From positions 60,001 to 92,000 of the forward strand of contig DIRZ01000002.1 of the NCBI GenBank assembly GCA_002421785.1: DNA of 32,000 bases, given 5' to 3'. The notes under the pieces were generated by a model. The model saw only the letters and a program-made list of their open reading frames with translations. It searched no databases and had not been told where the DNA came from. Both the position numbers and the translations under genes were made by a program. Shown here one piece after another: positions 9,401-18,791 of the stretch; the first letter of the stretch is position 1; each line of letters starts with the position of its first letter. This DNA is from Candidatus Saccharimonadota bacterium. Its GTDB lineage: Bacteria > Patescibacteriota > Saccharimonadia > Saccharimonadales > Saccharimonadaceae.

Positions 9401-12400
9401 ATGCGCGTGCTCTTCGTAAGTACCCTCCTTGTGGGTGTATTTATGGTTGTTCTGTCTGTGGCTCCCAAAGCACACGCCGCAACCAACCAACAAATGAATT
9501 TTCAAGGACGCCTCCTCAATGCACAGGGCGCCGTTGTTCCTGATGGCTTTTATAACATTCAGTTCAAGATATACCAGGATGGTACCGGCACTACTGCTGG
9601 CAACCCCGGGGGAACACTTGAGTGGACAGAAGATTGGCTGAACAGTGGCGGCAAGGGTGTGCAGGTGGTGAACGGGTATATGTCGGTGCAGCTTGGAAGC
9701 ATCAATCCTTTTGCGAGCCAAATCGACTGGAATTCTGACACCTTGTGGCTCAGCATGAACATTGGTAATACCAATGTCAGCTGTACGCCGTTTACGAGTT
9801 GTGCCCCTGATGGCGAAATGGTGCCTATGAAGCGCCTTTCTTCTGTTGCCTACGCGATGAATGCCACTATGCTCAACGGCAAGACCGCTGACAACTTCAT
9901 TCAAAATCAAAATAGCGCCGTTCAAGTAGCCGCCAATATCTGGATAGGCGGCACTACTCGTGCTGATACGGCAGTCCTCTCCCCTACTCTCGACACTGCT
10001 GATGCGACCACCCTCAGCATAGGCGCAACAAATGCAGTGAATGTCAGCATAGGCAAGTCGGCGGGCTCAATATCTCTTCATGCAAGTACGACAACTGTCG
10101 GTACCTCGGGTAGCGCGGCGACTATTAAGGGTGCCACACAAACCGCTGCTAACACTACAGGCGACACACTCACCATTAAGGGCTCAACGGGCAATGGAGC
10201 CGGTGCTGGCGGTCAGCTAGTCATCCAAGGGGGCGATGGCGGCGTAACGAACGGCGCAAATGGTGGTAGCCTATACCTCAGTGGCGGCACTGGCACGGGA
10301 AGTGGTGTCGATGGACTTGTCATCATGACAACCCCCACCTTTTCAACGACTACAAATGATGTAAATTGCTACACCGGAGGGTCCCTTGTGGCATCGAACT
10401 GTACTATTAGTTCAACCTCTATCAATAGTTCATCGGCAGTCATTATTGGCTTCTCTAATGGGGAAAGGACCGCGACACTACCGGATCCTACGATTCTCAC
10501 CGCAGGTCGCGTTATATACATCACTGCCGCAAACGGGTCTAGTGATTTCACGCTAAGCGCTAATGGCGGCGGATTGGGTAACCAGATTGCTATGCGCCAA
10601 AACTCATCTGCTACCATGATTTGGAATGGTAATGACTGGACCGCAGCTGGCGCATCGAGCTCCACGACCCTACAAAGCGCCTACGATAATACCCTGCAAA
10701 GTGCCGGCGGCGCAGAATTGATTGTCAGTAAAACCTCAACGACCAATGGATTAACGATTCGCGACAGCTCTACCAATCCCGTAAATGGAACGGTTATGAG
10801 CATCCAGACGTCGTCAGCTGCCGGGCTGCTATCTGTAAACGGGAATGTAGCCGAATACTCGACCAACAGCGGCGCCGAGGTAGCTGGAGTGAGTGCGACT
10901 ACATTCCCAGCAAACACCTGGCTCCCGATCAGTGGTGCGACAGTCGCTCGCCACACCACTGCTGGAGACTACATTGCAACCGGAAAAGGCTCGACATCGG
11001 TTTTGACAAGCACAACCGCAGGAAGTGGCGTTCGTAACCGCTTGAGCACCGCATTAGTACCAAACATGACATACAACGTTTCATTTGGAACACGACTCTT
11101 AGCCGGGAGCTTCAGTGATCTCCAAGTTTACTATTCAGCAGACGGCTCAGCAGCCTCCGCTCCTTGCACAACAACTAAATCACCCGTGACAAGCATTTGG
11201 ACAAAGATAAACTGTACCTTCGTGGCACCGGCATCTGGAATAGTGGCAGATAACTCTATACTCATCAGACAAGCCAGCTCCGGGACGGCACGCACATTCT
11301 ATGTAGATAATCTCAGCGTCACCGTTGCTGCTGACTTTAATTATGCAACCGATGGAAGTGCTAATGACGGTGATAACTTTACTTCCAACTGGTCATTCGT
11401 CAATGCAACCTCTGGGGCGGGCTCGATTACGCGTAGCACAACCGATGGAGAGGATGCCAGTGATAGCGCACAGGTCACACTAACCACCGGTGCGGCTAAT
11501 GCCGGTATTCGCAACCGCCTTTCCGTCAATCCGCTCCCATCCACACTGTACCGCATGACCGCCTACGCAAAGGTAACCTCAGGAACCTTTACTAATTTCA
11601 AAATTCGTTATTCACCAGATGGCAGCACCGGCTCATCGGGGAACTATACTGATTGTGTCGACTATAATACTCGCACGCTCACGACAACGACATGGACAAA
11701 GATTACGTGTTTCGTTCAAACAAGCAGTACGCCAGCCACAAACCCCCATGCCTACTTTGTTGAAGAGTCAGCTCAAGCGCGCACGTTCCGCGTGGACGCC
11801 TTTACCATGACTCTCACGACCAATACCGCGTCAAACGTACAAATAGGCGGTGGCGAAAATGGTGGCCCGACTACTCTCTTAACACTGGATAAGGCTGCTT
11901 CTGCTCCAATCGCAATCAATAACGATGCGCTCCTCGGTTCGATGTACTATGACACGACACTCGGCAAGCTGCAATGCTATGAGGCAGATGGATGGGGCGC
12001 CTGCGGCTCTAGCCCTGACACCATCGTCACGATTTCTCCAGAATTCACGAATGCAGTACTGCATGGAACGGGTATCGGAACCATGGTTTCAGACCTCTGC
12101 TCAGACACTCTCAATATCAATGATGGATCATCGGGACAGCCAAACGTCTGTGGGACAAATGAGACATTTAACTTTTATAGGTGGACTTCTCCGCAGCCAA
12201 GTGCACAAACATACGGCGTATACGTTACGTATCAGCTGCCGGCAAGCTTCAAGAGCTTCGAGTCTGGCTCCACATCGATAATCGGAAGAACCGACAGCGC
12301 AAACTCTACTATGGAGTATCAGGTGTTTCGCGATGACTCGTCTACTGGCCTCACTACTTGTGGACCGGCCGTCCTGGTGTCCTCTGGAGTTGTGTCGTCA

Positions 12401-12550
12401 TGGCAGCCTGGCCTAGCCACAGGTACAGCCGATCCATCAACTTGCGGATTCGTACCGGGCAACAGTATCGTTTTTCGAATAAATGTAACAGCAAGTCAAA
12501 ATGCAAACGCGTATATTGGCAACCTGAACTTCAAGTTTAGCAACAAATAG
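9401..12550 (+). CDS. Large secreted fibre/adhesin-like protein with two tandem CBM-like (carbohydrate-binding-module-like) domains
   Basis: The ORF is open from TTG 9386. I prefer ATG 9401 (MRVLFVSTLLVGVFMVVLSVAPKAHA|ATNQ, a classic signal peptide). The N-terminal module reads MNFQGRLLNAQGAVVPDGFYNIQFKIYQDG. A Gly/Thr/Ala-rich beta-helix-like stretch follows. Two modules of about 160 aa end in FYVDNLSVT (about 11298-11324) and FRVDAFTMT (about 11787-11813). The C-terminal domain contains LGSMYYDTTLGKLQCYEADGWGACG. Confidence 0.85.
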   Translation: MRVLFVSTLLVGVFMVVLSVAPKAHAATNQQMNFQGRLLNAQGAVVPDGFYNIQFKIYQDGTGTTAGNPGGTLEWTEDWLNSGGKGVQVVNGYMSVQLGSINPFASQIDWNSDTLWLSMNIGNTNVSCTPFTSCAPDGEMVPMKRLSSVAYAMNATMLNGKTADNFIQNQNSAVQVAANIWIGGTTRADTAVLSPTLDTADATTLSIGATNAVNVSIGKSAGSISLHASTTTVGTSGSAATIKGATQTAANTTGDTLTIKGSTGNGAGAGGQLVIQGGDGGVTNGANGGSLYLSGGTGTGSGVDGLVIMTTPTFSTTTNDVNCYTGGSLVASNCTISSTSINSSSAVIIGFSNGERTATLPDPTILTAGRVIYITAANGSSDFTLSANGGGLGNQIAMRQNSSATMIWNGNDWTAAGASSSTTLQSAYDNTLQSAGGAELIVSKTSTTNGLTIRDSSTNPVNGTVMSIQTSSAAGLLSVNGNVAEYSTNSGAEVAGVSATTFPANTWLPISGATVARHTTAGDYIATGKGSTSVLTSTTAGSGVRNRLSTALVPNMTYNVSFGTRLLAGSFSDLQVYYSADGSAASAPCTTTKSPVTSIWTKINCTFVAPASGIVADNSILIRQASSGTARTFYVDNLSVTVAADFNYATDGSANDGDNFTSNWSFVNATSGAGSITRSTTDGEDASDSAQVTLTTGAANAGIRNRLSVNPLPSTLYRMTAYAKVTSGTFTNFKIRYSPDGSTGSSGNYTDCVDYNTRTLTTTTWTKITCFVQTSSTPATNPHAYFVEESAQARTFRVDAFTMTLTTNTASNVQIGGGENGGPTTLLTLDKAASAPIAINNDALLGSMYYDTTLGKLQCYEADGWGACGSSPDTIVTISPEFTNAVLHGTGIGTMVSDLCSDTLNINDGSSGQPNVCGTNETFNFYRWTSPQPSAQTYGVYVTYQLPASFKSFESGSTSIIGRTDSANSTMEYQVFRDDSSTGLTTCGPAVLVSSGVVSSWQPGLATGTADPSTCGFVPGNSIVFRINVTASQNANAYIGNLNFKFSNK

Positions 12551-12565
12551 CCACTACAAATACTG

Positions 12566-12571
12566 TATAAT
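12566..12571 (+). promoter_or_regulatory. -10 box for the giant gene, predicting a leaderless mRNA
   Basis: TATAAT (12566-12571) is followed 7 nt later by ATG 12579. The gap to the previous gene is only 28 nt. Confidence 0.45.
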
Positions 12572-12578
12572 TAAGGTT

Positions 12579-15500
12579 ATGCTACATGTGCGAAGCATTT
12601 TGAGACGTGTGCGTCACTTTGTTCTAGTATCCCCCGTGCGTAGGTTCGCCCTACTGGGTGCTATTTCTGTGCTAATATTAGCCGGCGCCGCACTAGTTAT
12701 TTCTCCACTTCTTTCTAAAAAACCCTATGACCTAGGGCGATCAGCAAAACTACTGACTAATCCGAATAGCCGCATAGCCGGCCAGCTCACGTATGATAAA
12801 GGGTCTTTATCGTTTAACTATAAACAACCCGAACAGGTTAATGGCGAGGCAAATAAAGACATTGAGGCTTCTTTTAATGAGAATATTAGCCAAGGCTTTA
12901 GCGTCAAAGATACAGTCAACGACGTAAGCTTTGGTATGAAGGCTAAAGACAACCACATGGTTGGTCGTCAAGATGAAAACCGCGTTGTCTATCCATTATC
13001 AACTGGGGACGGTTGGACAATATATACAATACAGAAAACCGGTATTAAGGAAGACATTATCCTGACCGAATCGAAACAAGACACACGAGAATTCTCGTAC
13101 GAGCTTGTCTTGAATGATGGGCTTGAGCCAAGAATTGAAAAGGACGGTGGACTTGGTGTGTACGGAAACACGCTTCTTAGTGGCGATATTACCGCCACGT
13201 CAAACGAAGATGTGGAGCTACTAAAAAAAGCTCGACAAAGTGCCGATAAAAATACCTTGCTGTTCAAGATACCCGCCCCCATAGTTCTCGAATCCGGAGG
13301 AAATGAGTCTGAGTACGCCCGTGCGAAGTTTAGCCTATCTGACAACATTCTTACCGTCACGACCACTGGGCTATCTAGAGCGAACTACCCGTTATCTATT
13401 GACCCTAGTATCTATGTAACCAGTGCCCGTGAGTTTATGGCTGGAAATAACGAAACGAACATCGACTTTAACGTAGATGAGCAACTTATCCAAAAATCAC
13501 CGACCACTGGCGCGCGATTCGACCAATGGGATGATACACTATCCCTCCCTGTTGCAACCTCTGCCAATGGTGTAGCAGCTGCCGGTGGATATGTATATTC
13601 GATTGGCGGACGATCATTCCTAGGGCAAGCATTTAATACCCAGGGCGCCGAAACTTTTGTCGTCCCTACCGGTGTTACGAGTATTTCTGTAAAAGTTTGG
13701 GGTGCAGGTGGTGGTGGTGGTGGTGGTGGTGGTTCTACCGGTACTGGAGGCAACGGAGCTGGCGGTGGGTATGTGACAGCCAATGTACCCGTAACTCCAG
13801 GGGAGACGCTCAGTGTCTATGTTGGCGGTGGTGGAAATGGTGGCAATAACGTATCAAACACTGGTAGCGGTGGCGGTGGTGGTGGCTACACGAGTATTTA
13901 TCGTGGGAGCACGCCGCTGGTCATCGCCGCTGGCGGAGGAGGAGGGGGGGGCTCTCGCATCTCGAGGAATGGAGCCGATGGGGGCGCCGGGGGCGGTACA
14001 ACCGGAATTATTGGGGCCACGGTATACAACAACAACGGTGACGGTGGTGGTCCGGGTACACCGACTGCTGGTGGTGGTGGTGGACAAGGTGGAAACAACT
14101 CGGGCGGTGCCGGTTCGTCACTCACGGGAGGCCTCGGCGCCGATGGCCGTAGTGCCACAACTGGCGCTGATGGTGGTGGTGGCTTTGGTGGACTAGCAAG
14201 CGGTGGTGCCGGTGGGCTCGCAAACGTTAACACAACTCGTGCTGCTGGTGGTGGTGGTGGCGCTGGGTACTTTGGTGGTGGTGGTGGTGGCGCCACCTCA
14301 AGTACAACCAACTCATCAGGTGGTGGTGGTGGTGGCGGCTCTAGCTATACGGCAGGCGGCCTGAGTGGAGTAGCCAATAACGCTGGTAGCGGCGTTAACC
14401 CGGGTAATGCTGCTGACCCTGCTCGCAATGGAGCGGGTCAAGGTGGCGGTGGTGGTGCGGGAGGTCAGGGTGGCACAAACGGCGCAAACGGCGCGGTATT
14501 TATTGCCTACGGCTCAGGCACTGAAGTGTCAAAAAATGTCAGCTGGGCAGAGTTCAACTCCGCAACGGGTGAAGTTCAGAGCGCTAACCCCGGGTCAGGT
14601 ACTTGTGCCGGGTGGTGTTCTTCTAACGACTACTCGCTTCCTTCAGAGCGCAGTAACTTCTCACTCGTCGCGTATAGCGGCTACCTCTACGCGATTGGTG
14701 GTGTCGATGCTTCGGGTACCCGAACCAACACTGTCTACATCGCGAAGATTGGCGCCAACGGTGAGCCTCGCCTATGGCACCCCACAGATACCAATCCAGA
14801 CAACTGGGTTTACTGGTACCAAGACGCCAACCTCACATCGGTCCGCTCAGATTTTACCGCAACCGCCTACAATAATCGGCTCTACCTTATCGGTGGCCGC
14901 AGCTCATCTGGTCCGGTCTCTACTGTTGAAATAGCCGATATCACCCCAACAGGGAAATTAGGTGCCTGGTCAGCATCTACTGCGCTCCCTTCTAACGTTT
15001 ATGGTCATGGTGCAGCTATTTATAATGATAGAATTTATGTGCTCGGCGGCTCTAATAGCATAGGAGGCGCTCCTTCGAACACTGTTCGCTACAACAAAAT
15101 TAACACAGATGGAACTCTCAATAATTGGGTCCAAACTACCAATCTGCCGCAAGGACGATTCACCGGCGGAGGTACCATGGCAGCTATCTGGGGGGCCTAT
15201 ATCTACGTCAGTAGTGGGTGTAGTACTGTCAATGGTAGTGGATATTGCACTGGAGTACATTCCAATATTCAACTGGCAAGTATCAATGCCGACGGGAGCC
15301 TTGACGCCTGGAATACTGTCGGTACAGCGGTTGACGAACGACTTGGCGGCAACTTACTCTCCTGGCGTGGTCATTTATACCGAGTGGGCGGGTGCAGCTC
15401 TCAAAACGCCTCTACTGGCGATTGCGGTGCTGCCACTCTTGACTTAATTCGTGTTGGTAAAATAAACCGCGACGGCGATGCTTCAACGGTGGGTGAATCG

Positions 15501-18500
15501 TTTGCTAGCGGCAGTGGAGACTGTACAGGGGGTAACCCATCGCAGTGTAACCTGCCCGGCACAACATATGTCGGTAATATGCTGACAAACAGCTTTATTT
15601 ACAACGGGCACCTCTACATTACCGGCGGATGCACGAACAATGCCTGTAGTTCGACAAGCAACGACGTCGTCTACGCCGCCATCGATACCAATGGCTCTAT
15701 GACTCGCCCTGCAACCTGTAACGGCTCATATGTGGGTGGCTCATGGTGTTATCTCGCCAATGTCCTCCCCAGTGGAGTAGCGGCATCGAGCCCCGTTACA
15801 TTTGGCGGATACGTATACTTAGTAGGAGGACTCACAGGGAGCGCTAATACAAACACCCTGTTGCGAGCCCAACTCAATAGCGACGGCTCGATAGGCGCAT
15901 GGTTATCACAGTCTATGACGGGGGTAGGCGCAGCCAACGTTTCCTACCTATACGCGTACGCCAGAGCAAATCCATCCGCTGTCGCGACTAACCCGGGGAA
16001 CCTGTTCATATTTGGAGGATGCACCAGTTCGAGTTCAGCCGGATGCACTGCGTATACTCAAAATGTCTCTAAGTGTAGCATCGCCAGCGATGGCTCCGTC
16101 AATGGCTGTTCGACCAGTGGACAACTCCAGGTCGGTACAGTACCTGGTGCAACTGGTGTAGGTATCGGTATTATGAGTGGAACAGTGTACGCCAACTATA
16201 TTTACCTCATAGGCGGTGTGGCGCCTGGGCTTGTCGATATGAAAACAGTTCGGTATGCTCGGTTCGACAATAACAATAATGTCGTCGCCGCTAGTGGATC
16301 CAGCTGGACAGAATCACCAAACCAAATGGAAATCGGACGTAGGCGCACCGCAGCTTTCGGATACAACGGCTACATTTACGTCGCTGGCGGGTTCGAAGCA
16401 GGCGGTGGCGGCGTTATCGCAGACATCGAGTTTATTAAAGTCAACGTGAGCGATGGAAGCCTCGGCGACGCGACCGATGGCTTTACGACATCTGAAGTGA
16501 AGATTAACCAACGATGGGGATTGACTCTAGCCGTCTCAAACTCATATGCCTATGTCATAGGGGGCTGTACGATTGGCGATAGCCCTGGAGCATGTACTAC
16601 GCGCACGGATACTATCCAGACGTTCCAGATCTATAACAACGTTAGTGGCGCGCCAGCCGGCTACAGCAATGCCGCAAATACCTATGCCACTAACCCTAAC
16701 CGTCTTGGTGCTACTAGCACTGTGCTAAACGGTCGTCTTTACACCGCAGGAGGTTGCGTCAGCACCACAGACTGTACCAATGCGGTCAACACCGTTTCGT
16801 ATGCACCTATCGACGTCAACGGCAATCTCGGTACGTGGTCAAATACTACAGCCAACCTGCCAGCTGATCGCGCATGGGGCAAGATACTTAACGCTGGCGG
16901 TTCGCTATATTATATTGGTGGCCAAGGTGACGCGGCATCCGATCGTCGCGCCGAAGTATACTATGCAACTCCAGCGGGTAGTGGCAACGTGACAACCTGG
17001 GGAACTGCCTCTAACGGATTACCGAACGCCCGTACAAAATTTGGTGCAGCCAGCTGGAACAATCGCTTATATGTCGTTGCCGGTGAAGGCACGGCCGGGA
17101 CGTGCACAAGCAACCTATGCAGCGACGTCTATGTTAGTCCACAACTAAACAATGGCGGAAACATCACCAGTGCGTGGTCAACAAGCGGTCCGGGTGTCAA
17201 TACCGGTCGCAGTGGTGCTACAGTCACAGCCTACGCGAACAATCTTTATATGTTTGGGGGCTTTGCAGGATCGGGCAATTATCATTCTGATAGTCAATAC
17301 GCACAGATCAACCCATCTACAGGGCTCGTTGGTAGCTGGACGTATTCTGCAAGCCTTCCTAAGCCAATCGGGTTCGCCAATTCGTATGCAGCCAATGGGT
17401 ATATGTACCTCGTCGGGGGGCGAACGTCGGAAGGATCCTGTGAACCGACGACTATGGTTGCTCCAATCAGCGCAAACACCACTATCGCCACTGGAAATAG
17501 CCCAACAGGCATCGGCGCGTGGTACGAAGCCAACCAGAAATATTCCAATTCACGCTACGGAGCTAGCGCTGCCTACTATGATGGAAAAGCCTACTTAGCT
17601 GGTGGTGCCTGTAACGCTGCAACCGCACCAACTGTCGCATCGGCCACAACCACAAATACCGGCGCAGGATTTGCTTCAGACAGCACCACTCATAATGTAG
17701 CCATGCCTGGCACAACAGCGGCTGGCGACTTACTCTTGATGTTCTTTAGCTACGACAGCAACTCAAACCCAACGGTTACCGATCCAGATGGAGCTGGTGG
17801 CTGGACAGAGCTTGCATCAGTTAACAGTGCCACTAACGGCGCTCATGGTTCCGTCTGGGCCAAAGTAGCGACTGGGAGCGACGGCGCGACGGTCAACTTT
17901 GCAACGTCTAATTCACAAAGTGCCGCTGCGCGAGTCTACCGTATACTGGCAGGTGAATGGCACGGTGACCTAACTGGTGTCGAGGTAGCCAGCGGTACTG
18001 GATCGACTACCGCAAGCCCCGATCCACCGACACTCACGCCATCATGGGGTAAAACTGATAACCTATGGTTTGCCTATGCAGCCGGCGGCACACATACTGG
18101 CGTCTCGAGCTATCCAACCAATTATACTAGTGGCGCACACGCAAGTGGCAACACCGGCACCAATGGCGCCAGCGTGGCAACAGCTTATCGCGCGAACAAT
18201 ACGGCGAGTGAGGACCCCGATGCTTTCACCATGGCGAGCAGCCAAACCAGTGTCGCTTTTACGGTTGCAGTCCGCCCAGCTCCTCCTGTGCTCACCTACG
18301 CTGGTGCCAACGAGGTTCAGCAAACTGCGCTGCTCTCGCAACCGCAAATCGCACGCTACTCACTCCTAATGGATACCGACACCGATGTCTATCCCAATGC
18401 ATGGCTCATGAACGGCATCGACAACTCGGTTGGCGCAAACTGGCAATTAAAGTATCGTTCAATGACAAATCCTACCACCTATTGTGTCTCGCCAGCTATG

Positions 18501-18791
18501 ACCACATGGGGGCAGGAAACCGTTTTTGGTAACGTCACCCTTGGGCTACCTGGGGTATACACGCCTAAAAATGGGGCTGGCGCAAACACCGATTGTGCTC
18601 GCTACTTCTTCTTTAACGTCTCGGTAGACAGCTCGCAGGCGTATGGCTATCCAGACGACGTCACGCGCGGACCTACGATTGACAGCCTTTCGTTACAGTT
18701 CACCGGTGATCCATCAAAACGATTAATGCATGGGCGAACATTTACTGGGGGCTTGCAGCAGCCCATTGATACACCATACTATGGACAATAA
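12579..18791 (+). CDS. Giant (2070 aa) N-terminally membrane-anchored surface protein: glycine-rich (ALK/LTK-type Gly_rich-like) domain plus about 18 Kelch-like propeller blades plus C-terminal beta-rich domains
   Basis: TM helix FALLGAISVLILAGAALVISPLL. The Gly-rich module reads FVVPTGVTSISVKVWGAGGGGGGGGGS...GGGYVTANVPVTPGETLSVYVGGGGNGG...PLVIAAGGGGGGG. About 18 repeats have the form (Y/F)xxxxY(I/V/L)xGG, for example YSGYLYAIGG, YNNRLYLIGG, YNDRIYVLGG and NGYMYLVGG. Confidence 0.9.
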   Translation: MLHVRSILRRVRHFVLVSPVRRFALLGAISVLILAGAALVISPLLSKKPYDLGRSAKLLTNPNSRIAGQLTYDKGSLSFNYKQPEQVNGEANKDIEASFNENISQGFSVKDTVNDVSFGMKAKDNHMVGRQDENRVVYPLSTGDGWTIYTIQKTGIKEDIILTESKQDTREFSYELVLNDGLEPRIEKDGGLGVYGNTLLSGDITATSNEDVELLKKARQSADKNTLLFKIPAPIVLESGGNESEYARAKFSLSDNILTVTTTGLSRANYPLSIDPSIYVTSAREFMAGNNETNIDFNVDEQLIQKSPTTGARFDQWDDTLSLPVATSANGVAAAGGYVYSIGGRSFLGQAFNTQGAETFVVPTGVTSISVKVWGAGGGGGGGGGSTGTGGNGAGGGYVTANVPVTPGETLSVYVGGGGNGGNNVSNTGSGGGGGGYTSIYRGSTPLVIAAGGGGGGGSRISRNGADGGAGGGTTGIIGATVYNNNGDGGGPGTPTAGGGGGQGGNNSGGAGSSLTGGLGADGRSATTGADGGGGFGGLASGGAGGLANVNTTRAAGGGGGAGYFGGGGGGATSSTTNSSGGGGGGGSSYTAGGLSGVANNAGSGVNPGNAADPARNGAGQGGGGGAGGQGGTNGANGAVFIAYGSGTEVSKNVSWAEFNSATGEVQSANPGSGTCAGWCSSNDYSLPSERSNFSLVAYSGYLYAIGGVDASGTRTNTVYIAKIGANGEPRLWHPTDTNPDNWVYWYQDANLTSVRSDFTATAYNNRLYLIGGRSSSGPVSTVEIADITPTGKLGAWSASTALPSNVYGHGAAIYNDRIYVLGGSNSIGGAPSNTVRYNKINTDGTLNNWVQTTNLPQGRFTGGGTMAAIWGAYIYVSSGCSTVNGSGYCTGVHSNIQLASINADGSLDAWNTVGTAVDERLGGNLLSWRGHLYRVGGCSSQNASTGDCGAATLDLIRVGKINRDGDASTVGESFASGSGDCTGGNPSQCNLPGTTYVGNMLTNSFIYNGHLYITGGCTNNACSSTSNDVVYAAIDTNGSMTRPATCNGSYVGGSWCYLANVLPSGVAASSPVTFGGYVYLVGGLTGSANTNTLLRAQLNSDGSIGAWLSQSMTGVGAANVSYLYAYARANPSAVATNPGNLFIFGGCTSSSSAGCTAYTQNVSKCSIASDGSVNGCSTSGQLQVGTVPGATGVGIGIMSGTVYANYIYLIGGVAPGLVDMKTVRYARFDNNNNVVAASGSSWTESPNQMEIGRRRTAAFGYNGYIYVAGGFEAGGGGVIADIEFIKVNVSDGSLGDATDGFTTSEVKINQRWGLTLAVSNSYAYVIGGCTIGDSPGACTTRTDTIQTFQIYNNVSGAPAGYSNAANTYATNPNRLGATSTVLNGRLYTAGGCVSTTDCTNAVNTVSYAPIDVNGNLGTWSNTTANLPADRAWGKILNAGGSLYYIGGQGDAASDRRAEVYYATPAGSGNVTTWGTASNGLPNARTKFGAASWNNRLYVVAGEGTAGTCTSNLCSDVYVSPQLNNGGNITSAWSTSGPGVNTGRSGATVTAYANNLYMFGGFAGSGNYHSDSQYAQINPSTGLVGSWTYSASLPKPIGFANSYAANGYMYLVGGRTSEGSCEPTTMVAPISANTTIATGNSPTGIGAWYEANQKYSNSRYGASAAYYDGKAYLAGGACNAATAPTVASATTTNTGAGFASDSTTHNVAMPGTTAAGDLLLMFFSYDSNSNPTVTDPDGAGGWTELASVNSATNGAHGSVWAKVATGSDGATVNFATSNSQSAAARVYRILAGEWHGDLTGVEVASGTGSTTASPDPPTLTPSWGKTDNLWFAYAAGGTHTGVSSYPTNYTSGAHASGNTGTNGASVATAYRANNTASEDPDAFTMASSQTSVAFTVAVRPAPPVLTYAGANEVQQTALLSQPQIARYSLLMDTDTDVYPNAWLMNGIDNSVGANWQLKYRSMTNPTTYCVSPAMTTWGQETVFGNVTLGLPGVYTPKNGAGANTDCARYFFFNVSVDSSQAYGYPDDVTRGPTIDSLSLQFTGDPSKRLMHGRTFTGGLQQPIDTPYYGQ
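13707..13733 (+). repeat. (GGT)9 in-frame trinucleotide microsatellite encoding Gly9
   Basis: Nine perfect GGT codons in the giant gene's reading frame. Shorter (GGT)4-5 tracts lie near 14070-14084, 14242-14256, 14275-14289 and 14319-14333. Confidence 0.9.

Noticed and set aside
9248-9925. 225-aa minus-strand ORF overlapping the 5' end of the fibre gene and its leader.
   Set aside because: It has no recognisable motifs and an odd composition rich in His, Arg and Cys. It lies antisense to a gene with a clear signal peptide and domain structure, so it is most likely a shadow ORF.
13707-13733. The (GGT)9 tract as an on/off phase-variation switch.
   Set aside because: The repeat unit is 3 nt and in frame. 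Slippage would change the Gly-run length but not the reading frame, so only length polymorphism is plausible.
13898-14311. 137-aa proline-rich ORF on the minus strand (PPPPPP runs), plus the other ORFs overlapping the glycine-rich segment (13412-13783, 13813-14196, 13854-14087).
   Set aside because: These are mirror images of the (GGT)n / GGN-rich coding sequence of the giant gene, because the complement of GGTGG reads CCACC. They have no promoter or start context, and the forward frame has strong domain-level support.
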